A stretch of DNA of 59,099 nucleotides from Candidatus Nomurabacteria bacterium. Lineage in GTDB: Bacteria; Patescibacteriota; Minisyncoccia; Phycocordibacterales; UBA9973. The notes under the pieces were generated by a model that worked only from the letters and a program-made list of their open reading frames with translations, ran no database searches and was not told the origin of the DNA. The position numbers were made by a program, and so were the translations under genes. This document shows, one piece after another, positions 27,808 to 37,993 of the stretch. Each line of letters opens with the position of its first letter. Position 1 is the stretch's first letter. The DNA lies in contig CALQYS010000004.1 of the NCBI GenBank assembly GCA_943348755.1, positions 1 to 59,099 on the forward strand. Direction: 5' to 3'.

Positions 27808-30270
27808 ATGTCTAAGGACCTAAAAATGCTTGTTTTGCTTGATGCCCACGCTATAATTCACCGTGCATATCATGCTTTGCCAGAGTTTTTGTCATCCAAG
27901 GGGGAGCCGACAGGAGCCCTCTATGGCCTTTCCTCTATGATTATGAAGATAGTGACTGATTTAAAGCCAGACTATATCGTGGCTTGTTACGATTTGCCCG
28001 GAAAAACATTTCGACATGTCGCTTATGATGCTTACAAAGCGGGCAGAGCGAAAGCAGATGATGCGCTGATCACACAATTAAAAAAATCTCGGGCTATTTT
28101 TGAAGCTTTTAATATTCCAATATATGACAGTACTGGTTTCGAAGCAGATGATGTACTTGGAACCATATGTGAAAAATATAAAAAAGACAGAAATCTAAAT
28201 ATTATCATTGCATCGGGTGATATGGACACCATGCAGCTCGTAGATGATAAAAAGGTACAGGTGTATACCCTCAAGAAGGGGATCAATGATGTTATTTTAT
28301 ATGATGAAGACGCAGTAGTGACACGTTTCGGATTTAAACCGGTGCTTTTACCAGACTATAAAGGGCTCCGTGGCGACACTTCGGATAACATCAAGGGAAT
28401 CAAAGGCATAGGAGAAAAAACAGCTACTACTTTGATCACTACTTTTGGAACAATCGAAGAAATTTATAAAAAAATAAAAAGAGACGAGGAATCTTTTAAA
28501 AAAGCTGGCATAACTCCCAGAATTATAGAATTAATCAAAAACAATGAGGAAGAAGCGCTGTTTTCTAAGACTTTAGCCAAAATTCGCACTGACGCACCGA
28601 TTGATTTTAAAATTCCCGAAAAAACTTTCTGGGAAAATGCTGATCCGAAAAAAATAGAAAAAGTTTTTTCTTTATTTGAATTCAGGAGCTTATTTATGCG
28701 TTTGAAAAGTTTTTTTGCATTACACCAGAAGCCCCCTCAGGAGAATCCTCTCGAGGGAACCCTTGGTAGGAGCGGCGGCGACGGACAGAGAAAATTTTCG
28801 GGAGAATTTTGGAGTGGTGAGTCCGAGAGGATTCTTCCTGAGGGGGCTTCTGAAAGAAATATCGACCCCACCAAGCTCCAAGAAGCCAGCATCGCTCTCT
28901 GGCTCGTGAACTCAGATATTTCCAATCCCCAGCTAGAAGACATGTTGCTATTCGCGAGCACGGATTCTTTCGAAACTGCTTACAAATATATTTTTGAACA
29001 GCTTAAAGCAAACAAACAGACGCTGGTGTATGAAGAGATAGAACGTCCGATCATGCATATTGTCAAAGAAATGGAAGATCATGGAATATTGGTAGATAAA
29101 AAATATTTTGAAAATTTATCCAAGGAATATCATAAGGAATTAGATAAATTAACAGCCAAAATATATCAGATGGCTGGTACTGAGTTTAATATCAATTCGC
29201 CGAAGCAGATGGGGGAAGTACTTTTTGAAAAGATGGGCATGAAATCTAGTAAGAAAAAAAGCGCAAGTGGATCTTTTTCAACTAAAATTTCCGTTTTGGA
29301 AGAGCTGGAAGAAGAAAATCCAATCATAACTGAAATTATGGCTTATAGAGAATTACAGAAGTTGCTTTCCACTTATATCGACGTAATTCCTAAAATGGTC
29401 GGTCCAGATAATCGTTTACATGCCAAATTCCTGCAAAATGGCAGTACCACGGGGCGATTTTCTTCTCAGGATCCCAATTTGCAGAATCTACCCATTAAAA
29501 CAGAGCTGGGTAAAAGGATTCGCAATGGTTTTATAGCACCTAAGGGTTACAAACTTTGCGCATTTGATTATAGTCAGATCGAATTACGGGTGGTAGCCAT
29601 GCTTTCCGGAGACAAAAAAATGACGCAGATATTCCGCGAGCAGAAAGATATTCATTCAGGAGTGGCCTCCTTTGTTTTCGGTGTACCGATGGAGAAAGTA
29701 GACAGTGAAATGCGTAGACAAGCGAAAGTGATAAATTTCGGCATCATTTATGGTATGGGGGTCTCAGCTTTACGTAAAAATCTTGGCGGTACACGTGAAG
29801 AAGCACAAAAATTTTACGACAATTATTTTAATCAGTTTTCTGGAGTGAGGAGTTATCTCGAAGAAGTGAAAAGGTTTGCTCTGAAGAATTCTTTCACCGA
29901 AACACTATTTGGCAGACGTAGGTATTTCCCGAATATAAACTCCAGAATTCCATTTTTGAAAAACATGGCCGAACGTACCGCTACTAATGCGCCAGTTCAA
30001 GGTACAGCCACAGCAGATATTATTAAGCTTGCCATCAGATATGCTGAAGAGGATTTAAAACAAGCGGGGCTACTCGATAAAGTTCACCTTGTGCTTCAGA
30101 TACATGACGAATTAGTGTATGAAGTAGAAGAAAATGTTTTATCAAAAGCAGATGAAATAATCAAAAATTCCATGCGGGGTGTATTGAACAGGTCTTATTT
30201 GCATTATAAGACAGACATTCCACTCGAAGTACATGTGGGTTACGGAGACAATTTTGGAGAGGTAAAATAA
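27808..30270 (+). CDS. polA: DNA polymerase I
   Basis: 5'-nuclease domain (LLDAHAIIHRAYHA) and Pol A motifs DYSQIELR, QIHDELV. Confidence 0.95.
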   Translation: MSKDLKMLVLLDAHAIIHRAYHALPEFLSSKGEPTGALYGLSSMIMKIVTDLKPDYIVACYDLPGKTFRHVAYDAYKAGRAKADDALITQLKKSRAIFEAFNIPIYDSTGFEADDVLGTICEKYKKDRNLNIIIASGDMDTMQLVDDKKVQVYTLKKGINDVILYDEDAVVTRFGFKPVLLPDYKGLRGDTSDNIKGIKGIGEKTATTLITTFGTIEEIYKKIKRDEESFKKAGITPRIIELIKNNEEEALFSKTLAKIRTDAPIDFKIPEKTFWENADPKKIEKVFSLFEFRSLFMRLKSFFALHQKPPQENPLEGTLGRSGGDGQRKFSGEFWSGESERILPEGASERNIDPTKLQEASIALWLVNSDISNPQLEDMLLFASTDSFETAYKYIFEQLKANKQTLVYEEIERPIMHIVKEMEDHGILVDKKYFENLSKEYHKELDKLTAKIYQMAGTEFNINSPKQMGEVLFEKMGMKSSKKKSASGSFSTKISVLEELEEENPIITEIMAYRELQKLLSTYIDVIPKMVGPDNRLHAKFLQNGSTTGRFSSQDPNLQNLPIKTELGKRIRNGFIAPKGYKLCAFDYSQIELRVVAMLSGDKKMTQIFREQKDIHSGVASFVFGVPMEKVDSEMRRQAKVINFGIIYGMGVSALRKNLGGTREEAQKFYDNYFNQFSGVRSYLEEVKRFALKNSFTETLFGRRRYFPNINSRIPFLKNMAERTATNAPVQGTATADIIKLAIRYAEEDLKQAGLLDKVHLVLQIHDELVYEVEENVLSKADEIIKNSMRGVLNRSYLHYKTDIPLEVHVGYGDNFGEVK
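28730..28847. repeat. GC-rich palindromic element inserted in frame in the polA inter-domain linker
   Basis: Terminal inverted repeats GCCCCCTCAGGAGAATCCTCTCG / CGAGAGGATTCTTCCTGAGGGGGC. The core is about 85 percent identical by eye to a segment inside uvrB. Confidence 0.65.
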
Positions 30271-30296
30271 TGAATTTTGTGCTAGAATGAGTAAAT

Positions 30297-30785
30297 ATGA
30301 TGTTAGATCAAGCCAAAGTCTCTATAGAAAAAGCCCCGAATCATAAACATGAGATACATCGGACCCTAGCCCACTCTTATACTTTTTACTTCACCTTTCT
30401 TCTTCTTGGAATTTTAATGGATTTTATTTTTCCAATAAAAATTTTTACTACCTCTTTTACATTACCAACGGGCTTTTTATTTTTAGTGTTGGGGACTGTC
30501 ATCATATTATGGGCACAACTTTCTTATGTAAATGTAGATAGTAAAGAGATTGCAAAAGAACATTTCTGCAAAGGGCCATATTGCTACACCAGGAATCCCA
30601 CCCATTGGGGACTTTTTCTTTCTATATTAGGATTTGGTTTAATTGCAAACGGATTTTTCATTGTTCTTTTCACAGTTTTATCACATTTACTTGCTAAATT
30701 AACTTTTATTAAGAAATATGAATCTGTAATGTTGCATCACTTTGGGGCTCCTTATGAAGAATACAAAAAATCAGTTAAGATTTAA
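30297..30785 (+). CDS. ICMT/PEMT-like membrane methyltransferase family protein
   Basis: 4-5 TM helices with TRNPTHWGLF in the position of the family RHPxY-type motif. Confidence 0.45.
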   Translation: MMLDQAKVSIEKAPNHKHEIHRTLAHSYTFYFTFLLLGILMDFIFPIKIFTTSFTLPTGFLFLVLGTVIILWAQLSYVNVDSKEIAKEHFCKGPYCYTRNPTHWGLFLSILGFGLIANGFFIVLFTVLSHLLAKLTFIKKYESVMLHHFGAPYEEYKKSVKI

Positions 30786-30787
30786 AT

Positions 30788-31435
30788 ATGATTTATCTTT
30801 TTTTGGGCGATGATACTAAAAATAAACTTTTCAATTATGAAAAATTTATTAAATCTTTTCCAGCCAAGGTGGAGTCTTTTTTTATAAGCAGAAATAACTT
30901 CGACGTTACTCAAATAGAAAATTTATATTCGGGTTCCAGCCTTTTTGCTGCTTTATCGACAACGATCTTTCAAAATATTTTTGAACAGGAAGAAGCAAGA
31001 GATTTTGTTTTAGACAAATTGCCATTAATGGCCGAATCAAGCAATTCCTTCATCTTTTTAGAAGGTAAATTAAATAAACCAATACTTGATGCTTTTAAAA
31101 AGTCTGGCTCTCAAATAAACATTTTTGAACTGCCTAAGGAAAAAAAGGAGAAATTCGATAATTTTCTAGTAGCTAATGCATTTGGGCAAAAAGATAAATT
31201 AAATCTTTGGATTTATTTTCGGGAGGCCTTAGATAAGGGGGTGATGATGGAAGAACTTATCGGAGTTCTTTTTTGGAAAATCAAAGATATGATTCTAAAA
31301 AAAGATTTTCGTAAATTTTCACTTACGGAACTTCAGAATTCGATCTCTCGTCTTTCTTATCTTTTGCCGGAAGCCCGCAAAGAGGGACGAGACGCCGAGT
31401 CAGCTTTTGAGCAATTCTTATTGGAGGCTTTTTAA
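30788..31435 (+). CDS. possible DNA polymerase III delta subunit-like protein
   Basis: MIYLFLGDD N-terminus and size are reminiscent of short HolA proteins. Weak call. Confidence 0.3.
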   Translation: MIYLFLGDDTKNKLFNYEKFIKSFPAKVESFFISRNNFDVTQIENLYSGSSLFAALSTTIFQNIFEQEEARDFVLDKLPLMAESSNSFIFLEGKLNKPILDAFKKSGSQINIFELPKEKKEKFDNFLVANAFGQKDKLNLWIYFREALDKGVMMEELIGVLFWKIKDMILKKDFRKFSLTELQNSISRLSYLLPEARKEGRDAESAFEQFLLEAF

Positions 31436-31442
31436 AAATTAT

Positions 31443-32078
31443 ATGAAAGAAATCACCACGATCCTTTTGGACATAGATGGGACGGTTTTAGACACTCGTG
31501 ATTTTATTATGGAGGCTGCGGAATACACCCTTCTTAAATTTGGGCACAATGTACCAACACGTTCTGTTATAGCAAAAAATGTCGGTAAAAAATTTCCAGA
31601 TTTCCACTTTGCCCTGACGGGTTCAAATAAAGATGTTGATAAATTTATCGAGGTATACCGAAATTTTCAGATTAAGAATTATCATTTATCTAAGATTTTC
31701 CCAAATTGTCTCGAGACTCTAAAAAAATTAAAGAAAAAAGGATATAAAATAGGAGCTGTTACCAGTCGTTCTAAGAAGACATCATATCAGACTCTAGCAA
31801 ATTCGGGAATTTCTGATTTTTTTGATGTAGTTATTTCTGCTGAGGATACTAAAGAGTTAAAACCTGACCCTGCGCCGCTTTTAAAAGCTCTGGAATTTCT
31901 TAAAGAGATCCCCGAAAGGGCAGTGATGATTGGCGATTCTCATTTTGATATTGAAGCAGGCAAAAATGCGGGGACAAAGACCATTCGTGCCACTTATGGT
32001 TTTCACACAGATGATCTGCATAAACCGGAGCCAGACTTTTTCATTGATGATATAAAGGATTTATTGAAGTTCTTTTAA
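31443..32078 (+). CDS. HAD-superfamily hydrolase (phosphoglycolate phosphatase/PpaX-like)
   Basis: Motif I LLDIDGTVLDT, motif II VTSR, motif IV GDSHFD. Start moved to the internal ATG. Confidence 0.7.
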   Translation: MKEITTILLDIDGTVLDTRDFIMEAAEYTLLKFGHNVPTRSVIAKNVGKKFPDFHFALTGSNKDVDKFIEVYRNFQIKNYHLSKIFPNCLETLKKLKKKGYKIGAVTSRSKKTSYQTLANSGISDFFDVVISAEDTKELKPDPAPLLKALEFLKEIPERAVMIGDSHFDIEAGKNAGTKTIRATYGFHTDDLHKPEPDFFIDDIKDLLKFF

Positions 32079-32145
32079 AAGATAGTTTCTAAATGTCTTG
32101 ATTTTTAGCCTTATTTCATATATATTTTAGATTCAAATCAAGCAT

Positions 32146-32218
32146 GCGCCCATAGCTCAGCTGGTAGAGCAGATCCCTTTTAAGGATAAGGTCGTTGGTT
32201 CGATTCCAACTGGGCGCA
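32146..32218 (+). tRNA. tRNA-Lys (anticodon UUU)
   Basis: Hand-folded cloverleaf: acceptor GCGCCCA/TGGGCGC, anticodon loop CTTTTAA, T-loop GGTTCGATTCC. No encoded CCA. Confidence 0.9.
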
Positions 32219-32231
32219 CAGAAAGAAAATA

Positions 32232-32252
32232 ATCTCCCTGCGGAGATTTTTT
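32232..32252 (+). terminator. intrinsic terminator after tRNA-Lys
   Basis: ATCTCC-CTGC-GGAGAT followed by TTTTTT. Confidence 0.6.
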
Positions 32253-32255
32253 CGT

Positions 32256-32400
32256 TTCTGTGCGGACCGCAGCGATGTTTTGCGAGTACGCAAAACCGCG
32301 AGGGGCGGGTTGCGAAAATCTCGAGTGACGACGAGGGATTATTTGTAGCCACACGTGCGAATCACGGGCACGACAGTGCGAGCCCGGGCCTGGGAAGGTT
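32256..32400. other. GC-rich structured segment of unknown function downstream of tRNA-Lys
   Basis: Perfect hairpin GTTTTGCG-AGTA-CGCAAAAC and other short GC stems. Composition contrasts with the flanks. Confidence 0.25.
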
Positions 32401-32524
32401 TCAGTAGAAAACTATTCCTGACCACAACGTTTCCAACCACTCTTTTTAATACACCAGTTGAAAAAGAACCCCATTAGTGATATGATAATAATCATTATAA
32501 ATAATCTAAAAAATAATCAAATCT

Positions 32525-32794
32525 ATGAATGAATCTCGAGAACCCCTAAATCCAACTTTTGTTGTTCCAGCCGAACTAAAAGTAAAATGGAAGAAACTTT
32601 CGGAAGAAGGAAGAAAAAGGATATTTACCGAAACACTAATAAAACAACCTCGCAGGTCTATAATACTTCCGGAAGCTTTCATAGCTGACAAAGCTGATGA
32701 ATATAAAAATGCGCCTCTTGAAGTGTGTTATTTTGTAAGCGACCCCAATTTCCAAAAAGATCTCTGTGCTGCAGTAGAAGCCTATCCAGGCTAG
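32525..32794 (+). CDS. hypothetical protein (89 aa)
   Basis: Isolated ATG ORF. No motif recognised. Confidence 0.35.
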   Translation: MNESREPLNPTFVVPAELKVKWKKLSEEGRKRIFTETLIKQPRRSIILPEAFIADKADEYKNAPLEVCYFVSDPNFQKDLCAAVEAYPG

Positions 32795-33045
32795 GATTCT
32801 TTATCCAACAAACAATTTTACAGTCAGAAAATATTGTTATAGTAATGCACTCTTTTCCGCACATTATTTTAAATGCTACAATTTAACGATGCATCGTATT
32901 AATAAAACACTAGTTTATTTTCTAATATTTACTGTGATAAGTTCAGCATTAGCTTACCATCTTGTGGTAAAGGCCTACGATAGTGTTTTAGAGGTTGGCT
33001 ATTATGGCGAGTAAACAATTTATCTATTTGTGCTAGGATGAATCA

Positions 33046-35295
33046 ATGTTAAAAAAAAGAGTGGGCAGTGTTTTTAAATTACACAAACCATGGGAGCCGA
33101 GTGGGGATCAGCCAGTAGCTATTTCGGCATTGGTGCAAGGCTTAGATAAGGGGATGGTAAAGCAAACATTACTCGGCGCTACAGGCACAGGTAAGACTTT
33201 TACCATGGCGAATGTAATCGCCGAGTACAACAAGCCGACGCTTGTAATAGCGCACAACAAAACCCTGGCCGCTCAGTTGGCCCAAGAATTTAGACTATTT
33301 TTCCCAGATGCCGCAGTACATTATTTTGTTTCATACTATGATTACTACCAGCCAGAGGCTTACATGCCGGCTTCCGATACATATATTGAAAAGGATGCTT
33401 CTATTAACAAAGAGATAGACATGCTCCGCCACGCTTCCACTCAAGCTCTGCTCACTCGGCCGGATGTCATTATCGTGGCTTCCGTCTCTTGTATTTACGG
33501 TTTAGGTTCTCCAGAAGAATATGAAAAAGTAAATTTAAAACTAGAAGTTGGGCAGAAAAGAGACCGTATGGAATTAATGAAGTCTCTCATTCAAATTCAT
33601 TTTGAACGCACAAATGCAGATTTAACTCCAGGAACTTTTCGTTCCATTGGTTCTCGAGTAGAATTTATGCCTGTTTCTGAGACGGTAATGTACCAGATAG
33701 AATTACAGGGAGGGTTAATACAAAAAATTATTAAAGTTGACCCGATATCTTCAAAAATTATTAAAGAAGAAAACAACCCACGCCAAGGCGGGGCAAGTAT
33801 TTTTATTTTTCCAGCGAAGCATTTTATTACTGAAGATGTGAAAAAGAAAAAAGCGCTAGTTGATATTAAAAAAGAGTTAGAAATACAACTAAAAAAATTT
33901 AAAAAAGAAGGAAAGCTTTTAGAAGGGGAGCGTATCAAACGCCGGACGAATTATGATTTGGCAATGATCAAAGAAGTAGGTTATTGCAACGGCATTGAAA
34001 ACTATTCACGGCACCTTTCGGGTAAAGATGAAGGTGAACCGCCAGAAACACTACTTTCATATTTTCCAAAGACTGGTTTTCTGACTATTATCGATGAATC
34101 ACATGTCACATTACCCCAGCTCCAAGGCATGTATGCCGGTGATGCTTCACGCAAAAATACCCTTGTAGAATATGGCTTCCGCCTGCCTTCAGCCAAAGAC
34201 AACCGGCCTCTAAAATATGAAGAATTCAAAGAGCGTATTGGACAGGTGGTGTATGTCAGTGCCACTCCGAGCGAACAAGAAAGAACAGAAAGCGCACAAG
34301 TCGTAGAGCAAATCATTCGCCCGACCGGGCTGGTAGATCCAGAAATTGTTTTGCGTCCGGTTTCTGCAGGACGGAATACTCTCGAGCGAACCCTTGGTAG
34401 GAGTGGCGACGACGGACAGAGAAAATTTTCAGCAGAAAATTTTCGTGGTGAGTCCGAGAGTATTTTTTCCGCAAGAAACTACAAGGGTCAAATTCAGGAT
34501 TTCATAGGAGAAACAGAAAAAACAATCAAAAAAGGTTTCCGTGTTTTGGCGACCACGCTGACCAAAAAAATGGCCGAGGACCTTTCTACTTATCTAAAGG
34601 ATAAAAAAATAAAAGCGGAGTATCTTCATAGTGATATCAAGACCATTGAAAGAATAAAAATACTTACTCAATTCCGTAAAGGGGAATTCGATGTCTTGGT
34701 GGGGGTAAACTTGCTCCGTGAGGGGTTGGATTTGCCAGAAGTCGCGCTGATTGGTATTTTAGATGCTGATAAGGCTGGCTTTTTGCGTTCTGAGACATCA
34801 CTTATCCAAACTATTGGTCGTGCTGCACGTAATAGTGAGGGACGAGTAGTACTCTATGCGGATATCATGACTAATGCTATGGATTACGCCATAAAAGAAA
34901 CGACTCGCCGCCGAAACATTCAGCTTGCCTACAATAAAAAACATGGCATCACTCCAAAAACTATTATGAAAAAGATCAAGGATATTACCGAAGAGCTGGA
35001 AAGTGAGCATGGCAAGGTGGTGAATGCAGAACTCGCTCTAGATGTTGAATTATTTAAAAAAGTTTTTGCAAAAGAGAAAAACAATAAAGGAAAAAATGAA
35101 TCGGATTCAATTAAAAATTTAATGTTGTCTGATGAGGAAAGAAATAAGGTTGTCTACGATAAAATAATAAAAATGAAAGAAAAAGAAATGAATAAAGCAG
35201 TTAAAGAGCTTGATTTTGAGACAGCGGCTATATTGAGGGATGAGATTGGGGTGCTAAAGGTCCGCTTAGAAAAGAAAGATTCAAAAGAAAAATAA
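33046..35295 (+). CDS. uvrB: excinuclease ABC subunit B
   Basis: GATGTGKTF, DESH, helicase motifs, and a C-terminal UVR domain. Confidence 0.95.
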   Translation: MLKKRVGSVFKLHKPWEPSGDQPVAISALVQGLDKGMVKQTLLGATGTGKTFTMANVIAEYNKPTLVIAHNKTLAAQLAQEFRLFFPDAAVHYFVSYYDYYQPEAYMPASDTYIEKDASINKEIDMLRHASTQALLTRPDVIIVASVSCIYGLGSPEEYEKVNLKLEVGQKRDRMELMKSLIQIHFERTNADLTPGTFRSIGSRVEFMPVSETVMYQIELQGGLIQKIIKVDPISSKIIKEENNPRQGGASIFIFPAKHFITEDVKKKKALVDIKKELEIQLKKFKKEGKLLEGERIKRRTNYDLAMIKEVGYCNGIENYSRHLSGKDEGEPPETLLSYFPKTGFLTIIDESHVTLPQLQGMYAGDASRKNTLVEYGFRLPSAKDNRPLKYEEFKERIGQVVYVSATPSEQERTESAQVVEQIIRPTGLVDPEIVLRPVSAGRNTLERTLGRSGDDGQRKFSAENFRGESESIFSARNYKGQIQDFIGETEKTIKKGFRVLATTLTKKMAEDLSTYLKDKKIKAEYLHSDIKTIERIKILTQFRKGEFDVLVGVNLLREGLDLPEVALIGILDADKAGFLRSETSLIQTIGRAARNSEGRVVLYADIMTNAMDYAIKETTRRRNIQLAYNKKHGITPKTIMKKIKDITEELESEHGKVVNAELALDVELFKKVFAKEKNNKGKNESDSIKNLMLSDEERNKVVYDKIIKMKEKEMNKAVKELDFETAAILRDEIGVLKVRLEKKDSKEK
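34373..34470. repeat. GC-rich palindromic element inserted in frame in uvrB
   Basis: Shares CTCGAG.GAACCCTTGGTAGGAG.GGCG.CGACGGACAGAGAAAATTTTC...GGTGAGTCCGAGAG with the polA copy. Central hairpin AAAATTTTC-AGCA-GAAAATTTT. Confidence 0.65.
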
Positions 35296-35392
35296 TTAAA
35301 GACTTTTCTGATTTTTCTGCTATACTCAAATTAGTCTAATTAATATTGATATACACCCCCTAAGAGCACGGCGGGGTGTCATTGCGTTGTAT

Positions 35393-37987
35393 ATGAGTAA
35401 ATCAGAAAAAAACATAGACATAATAAGGGTAAAGGGGGCACGGACCCACAACCTAAAGAACATAAGCGTAGAAATGCCACGTAATAAGATGGTGGTTATT
35501 ACCGGCGTTTCTGGGTCCGGAAAGTCATCTCTCGCTTTCGACACTATTTTTGCCGAGGGGCAGAGACGGTATGTGGAATCCCTTTCTTCTTATGCGCGAC
35601 AATTTCTAAACCAAATGCCAAAGCCGGATGTGGATGAGATCACAGGACTTTCTCCAGCTATTTCTATCGATCAAAAGTCTCGTTCAAACAATCCGCGTTC
35701 CACAGTGGCTACAATTACAGAAATTTATGATTACTTGCGTGTCATGTACGCCCGGATTGGGCATCCACACTGTCCAACATGTGGAGAGGAGATAAAAAAG
35801 CTTTCGAATGAAGAAATTTTGAATTTTGTTCTAGAAAAAATAAATATTCTTACAAAAAATGCAAAGAATAATAAAAAAATAATGGGTGTGGAGTGGAACG
35901 ATATAGAAATAAATATATTTTCCCCGGTAGTGCGTGGGCGTAAGGGGGAATACTATCAATTACTCTATGATCTGCTCGGAAAAGGTTTCTCGCAGATACG
36001 TCTCGATGGCGTAATTAAAAAATTACGCGAACAAATAACTCTTTCAAAGAATAAAGCTCACAACATAGATATATTGGTCGACCATTTTGCTTTACATGAA
36101 TTTACGGATAACAAGGAAAGTAGCCGGACCCGACTTTCTGAAGCACTTGAACGTGCGCTGGTTGAGTCTGATGGGTTGGTTGCTATAAAAATAAGGGAAG
36201 AGGAGTTTATCATGTCAGCAAAATTTGCCTGCAAGAATGATGGTTTTTCTTTTCCAGAAGTCGAGCCTCGTTTATTTTCTTTCAATTCTCCTTATGGTGC
36301 TTGCCCTGTGTGTAATGGTTTAGGCTCAAAGTATTTCATGGGTGATGAGCCTTGCGACGCTTGTAAGGGGGCTCGGTTACGTCCTGAAGCTTTAAATGTT
36401 TTTCTGACTGATCATAATAAGAAAGTAAATATTCTAGATCTAGCCTCACTATCGATTCAAGATGCTCATGAATTTTTCAAAAATCTAAAACTTTCTGAAC
36501 AAGAAAAGGAAATATCAGTGCCAGTGGTACGGGAGATAGAAGCAAGGTTACAATTCATGCTCGACGTCGGACTTGACTATTTACAGCTTTCTCGCAAGGC
36601 AAACACTCTCTCTGGTGGAGAAGCGCAGAGAATTCGCTTGGCTTCTCAGCTTGGTTCTAGGCTTGTCGGTGCTTTGTATGTTTTGGACGAGCCTACTATC
36701 GGCCTACATCAGAGGGACAATGATCGCCTGATCAAGACATTGCAGAATTTACGTGATCTGGGAAATACAATATTGATCGTAGAACATGATGAAGACACCA
36801 TTTACGCTTCAGATTACATAGTAGACATCGGTCCAAAAGCTGGGGTGCATGGTGGGGAAGTGGTTGTAGCTGGAGATTTGTCGGATTTACTGACTGCCAA
36901 GAAAAATATGAGTGGTTCTAGGACACTTTCTTATTTGCGTGATGAGGTAAAAATAGAAGTTCCAGAAAAACGTCGTGAGGCTAAGGGTGCTCTTCGTATT
37001 GCAGGTGGAAAAGTTTTTAATATAAATAATTTGAACGTAGAAGTGCCTCTCGGGGTTATGACTTCTATTACTGGAGTGTCTGGTTCTGGTAAAAGTTCTT
37101 TTATGTATGAAATTTTGTATAAAAATCTACAGGCTCGATATGAAAGAAAGTATAGAACTGCACAAGTTTTCAACTGTTCCTCATTTACTGGTACCGAATA
37201 CCTTTCTCGAGCTATTTTGATCGACCAATCTCCAATCGGGCGAACCCCGCGTTCAAACTTGGCGACATATACTGGTGCTTTTACTCACATCCGAGACCTT
37301 TTTGCGACAACTGAGGAGGCGAGACTGCGTGGCTGGAAATCAAATAGATTCTCTTTCAATGTGAAGGGCGGACGCTGTGAGGCTTGCGAGGGAAATGGCG
37401 AAATTGCCGTGGAAATGCACTTCTTGCCGACTGTGTATGTGACTTGCGATGTTTGTAATGGTAAACGTTTTGATAAAGAGACGCTCACAGTAAAGTATAA
37501 GAAGAAAAATATTTATGAAGTACTTCGTATGACAGTAGATAATGGTTTAACTTTTTTCAAAGACATTCCAGCTATTTCTGATCGTCTTCAAACTCTTTTT
37601 GATGTGGGTCTTGGTTATCTAGAACTTGGCCAATCAGCTACTACTCTGTCTGGTGGGGAAGCTCAACGTGTAAAAATATCGAGTGAGCTGTATCGTCCGC
37701 ACTTAGAAAAAACTATTTATCTTTTAGACGAGCCGACTGTGGGCTTGCATTACGATGATGTAGCTAAACTCCTTGAAGTTCTAAACAAGCTTGTTTCTAA
37801 AGGCAACACTGTGGTTCTTATCGAGCACAACCTAGATATAGTTAAAAGCTCAGATTACATTATAGATATAGGTCCTGAAGGAGGAGTAAAAGGTGGCAAT
37901 CTGGTGGCCAAAGGCACTCCAGAAGAAGTGGCGAATAATACGAAAAGCTTTACTGGAAAGTATCTTAAAAAGGCTTTAAGAAAATAA
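35393..37987 (+). CDS. uvrA: excinuclease ABC subunit A
   Basis: Two ABC modules (GVSGSGKSS twice, LSGGEAQR twice) and zinc-finger Cys clusters. The ATG at 35393 is preferred over the TTG at 35387. Confidence 0.95.
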   Translation: MSKSEKNIDIIRVKGARTHNLKNISVEMPRNKMVVITGVSGSGKSSLAFDTIFAEGQRRYVESLSSYARQFLNQMPKPDVDEITGLSPAISIDQKSRSNNPRSTVATITEIYDYLRVMYARIGHPHCPTCGEEIKKLSNEEILNFVLEKINILTKNAKNNKKIMGVEWNDIEINIFSPVVRGRKGEYYQLLYDLLGKGFSQIRLDGVIKKLREQITLSKNKAHNIDILVDHFALHEFTDNKESSRTRLSEALERALVESDGLVAIKIREEEFIMSAKFACKNDGFSFPEVEPRLFSFNSPYGACPVCNGLGSKYFMGDEPCDACKGARLRPEALNVFLTDHNKKVNILDLASLSIQDAHEFFKNLKLSEQEKEISVPVVREIEARLQFMLDVGLDYLQLSRKANTLSGGEAQRIRLASQLGSRLVGALYVLDEPTIGLHQRDNDRLIKTLQNLRDLGNTILIVEHDEDTIYASDYIVDIGPKAGVHGGEVVVAGDLSDLLTAKKNMSGSRTLSYLRDEVKIEVPEKRREAKGALRIAGGKVFNINNLNVEVPLGVMTSITGVSGSGKSSFMYEILYKNLQARYERKYRTAQVFNCSSFTGTEYLSRAILIDQSPIGRTPRSNLATYTGAFTHIRDLFATTEEARLRGWKSNRFSFNVKGGRCEACEGNGEIAVEMHFLPTVYVTCDVCNGKRFDKETLTVKYKKKNIYEVLRMTVDNGLTFFKDIPAISDRLQTLFDVGLGYLELGQSATTLSGGEAQRVKISSELYRPHLEKTIYLLDEPTVGLHYDDVAKLLEVLNKLVSKGNTVVLIEHNLDIVKSSDYIIDIGPEGGVKGGNLVAKGTPEEVANNTKSFTGKYLKKALRK

Positions 37988-37993
37988 AAAATT

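Noticed and set aside
28715-28961. 64-aa plus-strand and 74-aa minus-strand ORFs within polA
   Set aside because: They coincide with the GC-rich palindromic insert. They are alternative-frame artefacts inside a clearly intact polA reading frame.
32116-32407. Three overlapping small ORFs (78, 65 and 70 aa) around 32.1-32.4 kb
   Set aside because: They overlap tRNA-Lys and the GC-rich non-coding island on both strands. There is no coding signature.
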